The notes: generated from the letters alone by a model not told the origin. A stretch of DNA of 64,000 bases from Thermodesulfobacteriota bacterium (GCA_965226585.1 OZ245366.1:960001-1024000); one strand, 5' to 3'; positions 26,454-36,402 are shown, counted from the first letter of the stretch. Program-made: numbers and translations.

Positions 26454-27745
26454 CAGGAAGTTCCCTGCTTCCGGGTGAACTTTACGCGCCCCGCAACTAT
26501 TGTGTGCATAACCGCGCCCTTTACCTCCCAGCCGTCAAACGGCGAGTTTGAGCTCTTTGAACTGAACTCCTCAGAGCAAACGGTGTATTTTTTCTCAGGG
26601 TCAAAAACAACCACATCCGCAGGCGCGCCAACCTTCAAAGTTCCGCCGCCGGTTTTCAAAATTGCCGCCGGAACCGTTGACATCTTTTCAACCATCTCTT
26701 CAAGCGTGATAACGCCGTCATCAACAAGACGCAAAGAAAGCGGAAGCGCGGTTTCAAGCCCCACTATTCCAAACGGAGCCCTGTCAAACTCAACGTTTTT
26801 CTCATCACGCGAATGCGGAGCGTGGTCTGTCGCTATCGCGTCTATCGTTCCGTCCGCAAGCCCTTTTCTTATGGCTTTGACATCCTTCTCCGAGCAAAGC
26901 GGCGGGTTCATTTTTGCGTTCGTGTTGTAGCCCTCAACCGCCTTGTCCGTCAGCGTGAAATGGTGCGGAGTTGCCTCTGCGGTAACCTTTATGCCGTTTT
27001 TCTTTGCCTGCCGTATCACGGCAACAGAACCGGCGGTTGACACATGGCAGATATGAAGCGGCGTTCCCGTGAGCCGGGAAAGCGTGATATCTCTGGCGAC
27101 GCAAATCTCCTCCGATTCAGCGGGAATTCCTTTCAGCCCCATCGTGGTTGAGATGTATCCCTCGTTCATCACACCGTCTCGAGAAAGCGACACATCTTCG
27201 CAGTGAGATATAACAGGAATTCCGAAAGGCTTGGCGTATTCCATGGCGCGGCGCAGAACGCCTGAATCCGTAACGGGCATGCCGTCATCGGATATCGCCA
27301 CACAGCCCGATTCCACCATCTCGCCAATGCCCGCTATGGAGCCGCCATCCTCGTTTTTTGTTATCGCCCCGATGGGAAAAACACGCGCCGCGCCCTCGGT
27401 GCGGGCTTTCATCAGTATGTATTCGGTAACCGTGGCGTTGTCATTAACGGGGTTTGTGTTCGGCATACAGGCAACCGCCGTGAAGCCGCCGGCAACCGCG
27501 CTGAGAGTTCCCGTCTTAATTGTCTCCTTGTGCTCAAAACCGGGCTCGCGCAAGTGGACGTGCATATCAACGAAACCGGGAGCCACAACCATTCCGCCCG
27601 CGTCCACAACTTTAACGCCGGGAAGTTTTTCCGCCCCCGCCGGAGGTTTCGCTATAACGCCTTTGTCTATAAAAATGTTTCCCTTGCGCCCTTTCGCGCC
27701 GGAAGACGGGTCAATAATTTTTCCGCCTTTTATCAGTATTTTCAT
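26453..27745 (-). CDS. pyrC: Dihydroorotase (type I)
   Basis: PGFVDMHVHLREPG, MPNTNP, KMNPPL, IATDHAPH; ATG 27745 overlaps the pyrB stop. Confidence 0.96.
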   Translation of the reverse strand: MKILIKGGKIIDPSSGAKGRKGNIFIDKGVIAKPPAGAEKLPGVKVVDAGGMVVAPGFVDMHVHLREPGFEHKETIKTGTLSAVAGGFTAVACMPNTNPVNDNATVTEYILMKARTEGAARVFPIGAITKNEDGGSIAGIGEMVESGCVAISDDGMPVTDSGVLRRAMEYAKPFGIPVISHCEDVSLSRDGVMNEGYISTTMGLKGIPAESEEICVARDITLSRLTGTPLHICHVSTAGSVAVIRQAKKNGIKVTAEATPHHFTLTDKAVEGYNTNAKMNPPLCSEKDVKAIRKGLADGTIDAIATDHAPHSRDEKNVEFDRAPFGIVGLETALPLSLRLVDDGVITLEEMVEKMSTVPAAILKTGGGTLKVGAPADVVVFDPEKKYTVCSEEFSSKSSNSPFDGWEVKGAVMHTIVAGRVKFTRKQGTS

Positions 27746-28701
27746 TCCCGCGCCTCCGTTTTTCTTGAACACAAAAGGTAGAGTATCGCCATTCTGACCG
27801 ATATGCCGTTTGCCACCTGATCCAGAACTGCAGACCCTTTCCCGTAGGCAACTTCAGACATCATTTCAATTCCCCTGTTCAGAGGTCCGGGGTGCATAAT
27901 CGTAAGTCCCGGCGGGGCAAGTTTTACGCGCTCTTCGGTAAGTCCGAAAAACTTGAAATACTCCCTCACGGACGGAAAATAAAGGTTGCCGTCTCTCTCT
28001 GTCTGCACTCTCAGCATTATAACAACATCGGTTCCGGGCAGGGCGTCTTCCATTGAGTGGAAAATCTCAACTCCCATCTCCGCGAAATGAACGGGAAGCA
28101 TTGAGCACGGACCCACAATTCCGACACGGGCTCCCAACTTCAAAAGCGCGTGTATATCAGAGCGGGCAACTCTGCTGTTGAGAATGTCGCCGACTATCAA
28201 AACCTTCAGCCCCTTTACGCGCCCTTTTGCCTGCCGTATCGTCAGAAGGTCGAGAAGCGCCTGACTTGGATGCTCGTTTGAGCCGTCTCCCGCATTGACC
28301 ACCGACACGCCCGTCTGCCGGGCGAGAATCTCCGGCGCGCCCGACATTGGATGCCTTATGATGATGACCTCCGCGCCCATCGCCTCAAGGTTTTTCGCCG
28401 TGTCTAAAAGGTTTTCGCCCTTCGTTACACTGCTTTGCGAAACGGTGAAGTTCAGAACATCCGCGCTGAGCCGCTTTTCGGCAATCTCAAAAGACGCCTT
28501 CGTGCGGGTGCTCGGCTCAAAAAACAGGTTTGCTATCGTGATCCCTTTAAGGGCGGGAACTTTTTTGATTTTTCTCTCCGTCGCCTCCTTCATTGAAGCG
28601 GCGGTTTCAAGAATGGCGTTTATTTCCTCCGCGCTGAGGTCGGCAATTCCCGTAAGGTCTTTTCTGTGGAAACCGTCTGAACTGTTTTTTTGCGCGCTCA
28701 T
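27742..28701 (-). CDS. pyrB: Aspartate carbamoyltransferase catalytic subunit
   Basis: FFEPSTRT, NAGDG..EHPSQALLD, MHPGPLNRG. Confidence 0.97.
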   Translation of the reverse strand: MSAQKNSSDGFHRKDLTGIADLSAEEINAILETAASMKEATERKIKKVPALKGITIANLFFEPSTRTKASFEIAEKRLSADVLNFTVSQSSVTKGENLLDTAKNLEAMGAEVIIIRHPMSGAPEILARQTGVSVVNAGDGSNEHPSQALLDLLTIRQAKGRVKGLKVLIVGDILNSRVARSDIHALLKLGARVGIVGPCSMLPVHFAEMGVEIFHSMEDALPGTDVVIMLRVQTERDGNLYFPSVREYFKFFGLTEERVKLAPPGLTIMHPGPLNRGIEMMSEVAYGKGSAVLDQVANGISVRMAILYLLCSRKTEARE

Positions 28702-29261
28702 TTTTTCGTTATGAAAACCCCCTGCTCTCCGCTTTTGCCGTCAGGCATCACGGCAACCCTCCGGTTTTCCTCCGCCTTCACCTTAACGGCGCAGTAGTCC
28801 GGCTGTATGGGAAACTCTCTGCCTCCCCTGTCTGCCATCACCGCGAGGGTTATCCGCGCCGGTCTGCCGTAATCTGTAATGGCTTCCATCGCGGCGCGCA
28901 CGGTTCTGCCGGTAAATATCACATCGTCCACAAGAAGCACGTTCAAGCCCTCAACGCTGAAAGGCATATCGGTTCCCTTCACTTCGGGCCACTTGCGCCC
29001 GCTGTGCCCTATGTCGTCTCTGTATAATGTTATGTCCAGAACCCCGACCGGAACTTTGCCTCCCGTTATTTTTGAAAGAGAGTCCGCCATTTTCCGCGCC
29101 ACAACTTCGCCCATCGTTTTGATGCCGACAACGCATATCTCTTTTCCGCCCGCATCACGCGCCACTTTGCGAGACATATCCTCAACCGCCGAGGCAAAGG
29201 CGTTGCCGTCCATAATTCTTTCCGGCGCCGCTTGTGATTCCCGTTTTTTCGCTTCGCTCAT
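28698..29261 (-). CDS. pyrR: PyrR / uracil phosphoribosyltransferase family protein
   Basis: LDITLYRDD and LVDDVIFTGRTVRAAM PRPP-binding loop; upstream of pyrB. Confidence 0.92.
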   Translation of the reverse strand: MSEAKKRESQAAPERIMDGNAFASAVEDMSRKVARDAGGKEICVVGIKTMGEVVARKMADSLSKITGGKVPVGVLDITLYRDDIGHSGRKWPEVKGTDMPFSVEGLNVLLVDDVIFTGRTVRAAMEAITDYGRPARITLAVMADRGGREFPIQPDYCAVKVKAEENRRVAVMPDGKSGEQGVFITKK

Positions 29262-29265
29262 TTTG

Positions 29266-29982
29266 TTACAGTATCCCTGAGAAAATCCTTTTCCACCGTA
29301 TCTCCGGAATAAGGGAGTCTTTAAAACTCCACGACCAGTGTATCATCACCGCTTTGCCCACCACTTCGCTCTCGGAAATGGTTCCCCACAGGCGGCTGTC
29401 GCGGCTGTTGTCGCGATTGTCTCCCATCAGAAAGACCTGCCCCTCAGGCACTATCAGCGGATATGAAACGTTGCCCTTGTAGGTTGAGTAGCGTCCCTTT
29501 TCGTAGATAACGCTCACGTTTTTTGTTCCAAATCTCTGCTCGTATCTCTCAAGCCCGTCTTCCTCTTCATACATTCCCGCGTACGACTGAACAGTCTTGT
29601 CTCCGTTTATGTAAATCACCCTGCCCCGTATCTCCACAATGTCGCCGCCGGTGGCTATCACCCTTTTTATGAAATAGTTTTTCTTTCCGCCCGGATTGTC
29701 GGATTTTTTGAAAACCACGATATCGCCCTTTTTCACATCGGCGTTTTTGTAGACGGCTATGTCAAAAAAGGGAATCTTCGTCTCGTAGGCGAACTTTTGA
29801 ACGATTATGTAATCACCCACAAGAAGCGTGGGCTCCATTGATGACGAGGGTATCTTGAACGGCTGAACTATAAACGCCCTTACGCACAGGGCGAGAAGAA
29901 GAGCAAGAAGTACGGATTCCAGATTCTGCCTTAAAAACGACTTATCGGCGTCAGTTTTGCTGCTTAAAAAAAAACCGGACAT
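29266..29982 (-). CDS. lepB: Signal peptidase I
   Basis: FKIPSSSMEPTL, FIKRVI, MGDNRDNSRDSR.WG. Likely start ATG 29982; the ORF track extends to 30072. Confidence 0.95.
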   Translation of the reverse strand: MSGFFLSSKTDADKSFLRQNLESVLLALLLALCVRAFIVQPFKIPSSSMEPTLLVGDYIIVQKFAYETKIPFFDIAVYKNADVKKGDIVVFKKSDNPGGKKNYFIKRVIATGGDIVEIRGRVIYINGDKTVQSYAGMYEEEDGLERYEQRFGTKNVSVIYEKGRYSTYKGNVSYPLIVPEGQVFLMGDNRDNSRDSRLWGTISESEVVGKAVMIHWSWSFKDSLIPEIRWKRIFSGIL

Positions 29983-30025
29983 TTGTGTCACCGGAGCGGG
30001 GCTTATTATAGACGCGGAGCGGGAA

Positions 30026-32185
30026 CTATTCAAATACCCTGCCGCATCTTTCCACGGAAACCACCCCTTCAAGCACAGACAGCGAGTCCATAACCTTTTC
30101 CAGCTGCTCTATGTTTTTCACTTTTAGCAGAACGCTGTATTTTATTCCCTCATCAAATTTGCCGGATTGTTTTTCAACAATTTCAGTGCCGAGAGCCTTA
30201 AACGCTTTTTCAACCGATGAGAACATTTCACTTCTGTCCGAGCAGACAACTGAAAGCCCCGTAGTCGCCCTTCCCCTGAAACTTTTGCGCCACCGCGCCT
30301 TTACGCTTGTCTCGCCTTCGGCATCCATGCACATATCGCACGCCGCCGAATGAACAACCACGCCGCTGCCGCGCGTCAAATGCCCAACCACCTGTTCGCC
30401 GGGAACGGGAAGACAGCAGTTTGAAAAACGGGTTATAAGGTTGTTGTCGTCAAGAAGAATCATCTTCCTGCTTTCCGGGTCAGCCACCTTGTCCAGAATC
30501 TTTTCTATCCTTCCCATCTTTTTCGGCCCAATGCCGAAGCCCGGGTCTATTATCTCCTGAAGGCTTGTTACGGACGCGCCGCCGAAACCCACCATGCGGA
30601 AAAAATCGTCCGGGCTTGAGTAGCCGAGTTTTTCAAGCGGTTTTTTAAGTTCTCCCGCCGCTATCATGGAAGTCAGGTTTTTGCCGCCCGCCGCAAGCCG
30701 CCTTTCGCATATCGCCCTCCCTATGTCCAGAGACTTCTCCCTTTGCATTCCCGCAAGCCGTTTTCTTATGCGGCTTTTTGCCTCAGGCGTAACAACGGCG
30801 GCAAGCCACTGCTCAGACGGGCCGGTGTTTTCAGAAACTTTGATTTCAACTATGTCTCCGGTTTTAAGCGTTTTAAGCGGAGAAACCGACTGCCTGTTGA
30901 CAATCGCCTCAGAGCATCCGTCTCCTATGTCCGTGTGAATCCGGTAGGCGAAATCCACCGCCGTTGACCCGACCGGAAGCTCAACAAGTTCCGCCCTCGG
31001 TGTGTACACATAGATAACGCTCGGCTCAAGTTCCGCTTTCAGAGACTTCATAAAACCCGCCGGATACGCAGAGCCGCCCCGCCCCGCGAGGTCACCTATT
31101 CTTGAAAAATGCCGCCGCAAGTCCGTGTCTGATACGCCGGGCTTTCCGCCGCTTTTATATTTCCAGTGCGCGGCTATCCCTCTTTCCGCGAACTCATGCA
31201 TCTTCTGCGTTCGTATCTGAACCTCCACCCGCTCGCCGTCGGGCGAGATAACGGTTGTGTGGATTGACTGATAGCCGTTGCTTTTCGGAAGCGATATGTA
31301 GTCCTTGATTCTTCCCGGCACCGGGCTCCACAGCCCGTGAACTTTGCCGAGAACAACGTAGCAGTCGCTCTCAGCCTCCGTGATGACCCTGAAGGCGATG
31401 ATATCGTGAAGTTCGCTGAACTCCAGATTTTGCCATTTCATCTTCCGGTATATGCCGTAGAAACTTTTCACCCTCCCGAACACTTCGGATTTAACGCCGT
31501 CAGCAAGGAGGCTTTTTTCCAGTCTTTTCTTTATGTCGCTGATTCTGCGTTCCCGCCGCGCCGCGCCTTTTTTCAGTTTCAGCTCAATCTTCGCGTATTC
31601 ACGAGGGTTGAGAAACTTGAAGGAAAGGTCTTCAATCTCAGAAGTCAGCCACCCTATCCCCAGCCTGTGGGCAAGCGGGGCGTATATCTCCATCGTCTCT
31701 TTCGCGATTCTTCTGCGCCGCTCCGGAGAAAGAAACTCAAGTGTTCTCATGTTGTGCAGGCGGTCTGCAAGTTTGATTAAAACCACCCGCACATCTTTCG
31801 CGGTCGCAAGTATAAGTTTTCTGAAATTCTCCGACTGCCGCTCCTCGTCGCTTGAGTAGGAAAGTTCGCCCACTTTTGTCGCGCCGTCCACAAGGCGGGA
31901 GATTTCATCGCCGAACACATCGCGGATGTCTTTCTGGGTCGCGAGCGTGTCTTCAACCGTGTCGTGAAGAAGCCCGGTTGCTATCGTGGAGGGGTCAAGC
32001 CCCAGTTTCGCGAGTATCAGAGAAACCTCAAGCGGGTGGCTAAGGTACGGCTCTCCGGACGATCTTTTCTGTCCGGCGTGAACCTTCGCGGAATAGACAT
32101 ACGCCTTGTTTATCAGCCCGATATCCGCTTCCGGCAACGAGCCGAACTCTCCGGCTTTATCAAGTATGTCGTTGAGTCTTATCAT
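30026..32185 (-). CDS. spoT: Bifunctional (p)ppGpp synthetase/hydrolase (long RelA/SpoT homolog)
   Basis: HD hydrolase LLHDTVED, synthetase RIKDY..NGYQSIHT..EVQIRT, TGS domain DFAYRIHT, ZFD CCLPVPG, C-terminal ACT. Confidence 0.94.
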   Translation of the reverse strand: MIRLNDILDKAGEFGSLPEADIGLINKAYVYSAKVHAGQKRSSGEPYLSHPLEVSLILAKLGLDPSTIATGLLHDTVEDTLATQKDIRDVFGDEISRLVDGATKVGELSYSSDEERQSENFRKLILATAKDVRVVLIKLADRLHNMRTLEFLSPERRRRIAKETMEIYAPLAHRLGIGWLTSEIEDLSFKFLNPREYAKIELKLKKGAARRERRISDIKKRLEKSLLADGVKSEVFGRVKSFYGIYRKMKWQNLEFSELHDIIAFRVITEAESDCYVVLGKVHGLWSPVPGRIKDYISLPKSNGYQSIHTTVISPDGERVEVQIRTQKMHEFAERGIAAHWKYKSGGKPGVSDTDLRRHFSRIGDLAGRGGSAYPAGFMKSLKAELEPSVIYVYTPRAELVELPVGSTAVDFAYRIHTDIGDGCSEAIVNRQSVSPLKTLKTGDIVEIKVSENTGPSEQWLAAVVTPEAKSRIRKRLAGMQREKSLDIGRAICERRLAAGGKNLTSMIAAGELKKPLEKLGYSSPDDFFRMVGFGGASVTSLQEIIDPGFGIGPKKMGRIEKILDKVADPESRKMILLDDNNLITRFSNCCLPVPGEQVVGHLTRGSGVVVHSAACDMCMDAEGETSVKARWRKSFRGRATTGLSVVCSDRSEMFSSVEKAFKALGTEIVEKQSGKFDEGIKYSVLLKVKNIEQLEKVMDSLSVLEGVVSVERCGRVFE

Positions 32186-32213
32186 AAAGCCATATCTCCA
32201 CCGGATGAAATCC

Positions 32214-32819
32214 TCACTCCCTGGCGTAGGATTTTCTTATCCGCTCAATGCGCTCTCTGCGGATTTTGAACATTTTTATCGCGTCCTCTATTTCACGCAT
32301 AGCGTCTTCAAGTTTCCGGTTGATGATGATGTAGTCGTAGTGGTCAATGACGGATATTTCGTCTTTGAGCGACACAATTCTGTTTCTGATGCTTTCTTCC
32401 GTTTCCGTGTTTCTCTTTTTAAGTCTGTTTTTTATCTCCTCAATATCCGGCGGAACAACAAAGAAAAGAACCGCTTCGGGAAACCTTTCCTTAATTTTTC
32501 GCGCCCCGTCCACGTTCACGTCCAGAATCACATCCGAGGCTCCGCCCGCCGTGGCGGACGCTTTTTTTATCTGGCTCCACGGCGTACCGTAGCGGTTTCC
32601 GTGAACCTCCGCCCATTCGGCGAAATACCCTTCCCCCACGCGCCGCTTAAACTCTGCGAGGTCAATAAAATCGTAATCTCTCTGGTCGCCCTTGTCGGTG
32701 GGCCTTTTCGGGCGTGTTGTGCATGAGATTGAGAAACCCACTTCCGGCATAACATCCCTCACGTGCTTGACGAGAGTTGTTTTGCCGCTTGCCGAAGGAC
32801 CTGAAATTACAAATATCAT
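32214..32819 (-). CDS. gmk: Guanylate kinase
   Basis: SGPSASGKTT, S.TTRP.R, EWAEVHGNRYGT. Confidence 0.96.
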   Translation of the reverse strand: MIFVISGPSASGKTTLVKHVRDVMPEVGFSISCTTRPKRPTDKGDQRDYDFIDLAEFKRRVGEGYFAEWAEVHGNRYGTPWSQIKKASATAGGASDVILDVNVDGARKIKERFPEAVLFFVVPPDIEEIKNRLKKRNTETEESIRNRIVSLKDEISVIDHYDYIIINRKLEDAMREIEDAIKMFKIRRERIERIRKSYARE

Positions 32820-32852
32820 GGTATTTGAGATTATATAACAGAGAGAAAAAAG

Positions 32853-33521
32853 TTAAAAAGAGCCTATAACTCCCGCGTTGATTTCACGAGCGGATTCCAC
32901 CACAAGGTTAGCTCTCTCAAGCGCGGCGCGAGGATGCGAGTTTGTAACCGCAACGCATTTCATTCCCGCCGCAAGAGCCGCCTCTATTCCGTGCGGAGAG
33001 TCTTCTATAACAACGCAGTCTTCCGCCCGCGCGGCTGTTCCGTTTTTGTTAAGACCTTCGAGAGCAAGGAGAAAAACTTCAGGGTCGGGCTTGCATTTTT
33101 CACAATCGTCCGCGCTTGCCACAAATGAAAACAAATCAAACAGCCCGCCCCTCAACAGCACGGACTCTATCTCGCTCTTTAACGCGCCAGACGCTATAGC
33201 GAGAGCAAAACCCCGCCCGGAAAGAGCGCGGATAAGGTCTTCCGCGCCGTCAAACAAACCGCAGTTTTTTATCATCTCCGAAGTCATTGCCGATTTTCTT
33301 TCCGTCATTGCGGAGACTGTTTCAGCGGCCGCCCGTTTGCCGTTTTCTTCGAGCAGAGCGGTGAAGAAAGTTTTGTCGTCAAGGGCGAGATATTTTGAGA
33401 AATAGTCGCCATGCGAAATCTCAATTCCTTCTGGCGCGAGAATCTTGCGAAACGCGTTCAGATGAACAGTTTCCGTGTCCGCTATTACGCCGTCAAAATC
33501 AAATATCACCGCTTTTGTCAT
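32853..33521 (-). CDS. HAD-family phosphatase (beta-PGM/CbbY-like)
   Basis: FDFDGVIADT, KPDPEVF, IEDSPHGIEAA. Confidence 0.88.
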   Translation of the reverse strand: MTKAVIFDFDGVIADTETVHLNAFRKILAPEGIEISHGDYFSKYLALDDKTFFTALLEENGKRAAAETVSAMTERKSAMTSEMIKNCGLFDGAEDLIRALSGRGFALAIASGALKSEIESVLLRGGLFDLFSFVASADDCEKCKPDPEVFLLALEGLNKNGTAARAEDCVVIEDSPHGIEAALAAGMKCVAVTNSHPRAALERANLVVESAREINAGVIGSF

Positions 33522-33575
33522 TGTGAGTTTTCCGTTGTGATACTATAAAGTATATTCTCAAAAGAGAGGTTTTTT

Positions 33576-33911
33576 ATGAGTTATTACAAACCTGAAGATT
33601 TGCAGAAATTCGGCGAGGTCGGAACCTTCGCGAAGGATTTGATGGACAAATTCTTTGACTATTACAACTCCGCGACATCGGGAGAAGGTTCGCTGACAAA
33701 ACGTGAAAAATCCCTCATCGCCCTTGCCGTGGCGCACTCCAAGCAGTGCCCCTACTGCATAGACGCCTACACAAATGCGTGTGTTGAAAACGGCGCGGGT
33801 CCCGAAGAGATGACAGAAGCCGTTCACGTTGCGGCGGCAATGTCTGCGGGCATAGACCTTGTTCACGCCGTTCAGATGCGCAACGCGATGAAGAAAAACG
33901 GCGCTTTGTAG
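33576..33911 (+). CDS. AhpD/CMD-family peroxidase-like protein associated with arsenosugar radical SAM clusters
   Basis: YYKPEDL.KF, KFFDYY, REKSLIALAVAH..QCPYCIDAYT; directly upstream of the arsS-like gene. Confidence 0.85.
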   Translation: MSYYKPEDLQKFGEVGTFAKDLMDKFFDYYNSATSGEGSLTKREKSLIALAVAHSKQCPYCIDAYTNACVENGAGPEEMTEAVHVAAAMSAGIDLVHAVQMRNAMKKNGAL

Positions 33912-33938
33912 GGCGCGACCCGCCGGAGCGCGCCTAAA

Positions 33939-34922
33939 ATGCCTGACGAAAACAATTTCAGCAGTTTTGTGGAGCAAAAGGGAATCAGCATAACCCCCCT
34001 TTCGCTGAGCACTCTGCAGGTCAACATAACAAAACTTTGCAATCAAACTTGTGTTCACTGCCACGTTGACGCTTCCCCGAAAAGAACCGAGCAGATGAGT
34101 CTGAAAACCGTGAACAGGTGTCTGGACATTCTCTCATCAGATAAAGTGGAAACCCTTGACATCACAGGCGGCGCGCCGGAACTCAATCCGCATTTTGACT
34201 ACTTTGTTGAGCGCGCGGCGGAGATGGGAAAGCGCGTAATCGTGCGCCACAACCTCACGGTTACGCTTGACGGAAATCCCGTTACCGGCGAAAGCAAAGA
34301 GTATCTGCCAGAATTTTTCGCCTCACACGGTGTCGAGGTGGTTTCATCGCTTCCGCACTACGAGGAGTATTTTACGGACAAACAGAGGGGCAAAGGGGTT
34401 TTTGAAAAAAGCATCCGCGCGGCGCTTCTTCTGAATGAAAAAGGATACGGAAAAACGGACGGACTTGTTCTGAACTTTGTCTATAATCCGCCCGGAGAGT
34501 ATCTTCCGGCAAATCAGGCGGAACTTGAAAAAACCTTCAAGGAAAAACTGAAAAGCAGGCACGGGATTGAGTTCAACGGGCTTTACTGCATAACGAATAT
34601 GCCCATCAACAGGTTCCGGCAGTATCTTCTGAAAAACAAACGGTACTCGGCTTATATGGACAAACTTGTTTCCGCCTTCAATCCCGCCGCCGCAGAGGGT
34701 GTTATGTGCAGAAACATGATAAGCGTTGACCACAACGGCGCGCTTTACGATTGCGATTTCAACCAGATGTTAAACATGGCGGCCGTTCTCAAACCGGACG
34801 GAAAAGCGACAGTGTTCAACTCATCGGTGAGCGAGATAACCGGGCGCGCGATAAAGTTTGCCAGCCATTGTTTCGGCTGTACCGCCGGAGCGGGAAGCAG
34901 TTGCGGAGGGAAAACGGCTTAA
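33939..34922 (+). CDS. arsS: Radical SAM/Cys-rich domain protein (ArsS, DUF3641 type)
   Basis: CNQTCVHCHV, DITGGAPELNP, LYDCDFNQML, C-terminal HCFGCTAGAGSSCGG. Confidence 0.88.
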   Translation: MPDENNFSSFVEQKGISITPLSLSTLQVNITKLCNQTCVHCHVDASPKRTEQMSLKTVNRCLDILSSDKVETLDITGGAPELNPHFDYFVERAAEMGKRVIVRHNLTVTLDGNPVTGESKEYLPEFFASHGVEVVSSLPHYEEYFTDKQRGKGVFEKSIRAALLLNEKGYGKTDGLVLNFVYNPPGEYLPANQAELEKTFKEKLKSRHGIEFNGLYCITNMPINRFRQYLLKNKRYSAYMDKLVSAFNPAAAEGVMCRNMISVDHNGALYDCDFNQMLNMAAVLKPDGKATVFNSSVSEITGRAIKFASHCFGCTAGAGSSCGGKTA

Positions 34923-34949
34923 CCGCTCGCGCCCCGGAACCTGACTAAA

Positions 34950-35588
34950 ATGAACACTATCGCGATTTTTTTGAAACATCCCACTCCGGGAAAAGTAAAG
35001 ACCCGGATTGCGAAAGACATCGGAGACGAGCGCGCCGCGCAGGTGTATTCCGCGATGGTGGAGACGGTTCTTGAAGCGGTCGGAACAAAAAACCACAGGC
35101 GCGTTTTCTACGACCCGCCTGACAAAAAAGACGAGATTGCCAACTGGCTCGGCGCGGATATTGCCCGAAACTTTCTGCCTCAAAGAGGCAACTCGCTTGG
35201 AGAAAAAATCTCAAACGCCATTTCAGACTGCCTGTCAGACGGAAGCAAAAAAGTGTCTGTAATCGGAACCGACTGCCCGGACGTAACGGGAGAAGTGATT
35301 GAAGAATCGTTTGCGCGCCTCGACTCCGCAGACGCCGTTATAGGTCCCTGCGAAGACGGCGGCTACTATCTGATAGGGTTAAAACACAGCCGCCCGGAAC
35401 TGTTCACCGGCATAGACTGGAGCACAAGCAAGGTAACCGCCCAGACACTTGAAAAAATACAAAATCTGAACCTGAAAGCGGAAATCCTCAAAACCCTGCG
35501 CGACATAGATTCCGCAGACGCCCTGACACCGCTGTTAATGAACAAACTCTCATCACGCGGCGGCGCGGCGGCAGTGGAGAAAACATGA
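34950..35588 (+). CDS. DUF2064/TIGR04282-type glycosyltransferase (CofC-like fold)
   Basis: K.P.PGKVKTR, QRG..LGEK, IGTDCP, GP.EDGGYYLIG, IDWST, LRDID. Confidence 0.87.
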   Translation: MNTIAIFLKHPTPGKVKTRIAKDIGDERAAQVYSAMVETVLEAVGTKNHRRVFYDPPDKKDEIANWLGADIARNFLPQRGNSLGEKISNAISDCLSDGSKKVSVIGTDCPDVTGEVIEESFARLDSADAVIGPCEDGGYYLIGLKHSRPELFTGIDWSTSKVTAQTLEKIQNLNLKAEILKTLRDIDSADALTPLLMNKLSSRGGAAAVEKT

Positions 35589-36328
35589 CCGAAACAGCAA
35601 TAGTTGAGCCGTCTCTCGCGCTTGCGTTTCTCGCAGGTCTGGCATCGTTTCTTTCGCCGTGCATTTTCCCCCTCGTTCCGGGATACCTGTCCGCAATAAG
35701 CGTCAGAGACGGAAAGACGGGAATTCCCGAAGGGCATTTTTCCCTGCTTGTTCCGACCGCGCTGTTTGTTCTGGGTTTCTCGTTTGTGTTTTCGCTTATG
35801 GGAACTTCGGCTTCGTTTCTCGGCTCTTTTCTCACAGGAAACAAAGACATACTCGCCGCCGCTTCGGGCGCGCTGATAATGGTTTTCGGTGTCTTCACGA
35901 TGGAACTTGTGAATATCCCCGCGCTTCAGAGGGAAAGAACCCTGCGCCTCAGCGGAGGCGGCGGCTTTGCCTATGTGTTTCTCATCGGGTGCGCTTTCGC
36001 AATCGGATGGACGCCCTGCATAGGGCCCATGCTCGCTTCCATTCTCTCATACGCCGCGCTGTCTCAGGAGCCGTCAGAAGGGGTCGCGCTTCTGCTTGTG
36101 TATTCCGCCGGACTGGGGATGCCGTTTATCGCGGCGGGGCTGTTTCTCTCGCAGTGGCGCAGGGCGGCGGTTTCTGTGAGGAAGTATTATGGCGCGTATA
36201 AATACGTTGTGGGCGGGATGATGGTGGTTGCCGGGTTTCTCATAGCGGCAGACCTTCTGTTCTATGTGAACGTTTACGGGCAGAAGATTTTCCAGTTTTT
36301 AGGCATAGATTTCTGGATGAGAATCTGA
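35585..36328 (+). CDS. ccdA: Cytochrome c biogenesis / thiol-disulfide transporter CcdA
   Basis: AGLASFLSPCIFPLVPGY and GWTPCIGP motifs; about 6 transmembrane helices. Confidence 0.92.
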   Translation: MTETAIVEPSLALAFLAGLASFLSPCIFPLVPGYLSAISVRDGKTGIPEGHFSLLVPTALFVLGFSFVFSLMGTSASFLGSFLTGNKDILAAASGALIMVFGVFTMELVNIPALQRERTLRLSGGGGFAYVFLIGCAFAIGWTPCIGPMLASILSYAALSQEPSEGVALLLVYSAGLGMPFIAAGLFLSQWRRAAVSVRKYYGAYKYVVGGMMVVAGFLIAADLLFYVNVYGQKIFQFLGIDFWMRI

Positions 36329-36340
36329 TGTTTGCGCCGT

Positions 36341-36369
36341 TTGACTAACAACCCCTCTTTCCATATATT
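36341..36369 (+). promoter_or_regulatory. Sigma70-type promoter
   Basis: TTGACT, 17-bp spacer, TATATT; followed by a GGAGGA SD and ATG 36403. Confidence 0.55.
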
Positions 36370-36402
36370 GTGTTGGATTGATTCCAAGCGGAGGAATGCA
36401 TT

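Noticed and set aside
34890..34922. Selenocysteine at the ArsS C-terminal GSS(C/U)GG motif
   Set aside because: The codon at 34902-34904 is TGC (Cys) and the ORF ends normally at TAA.
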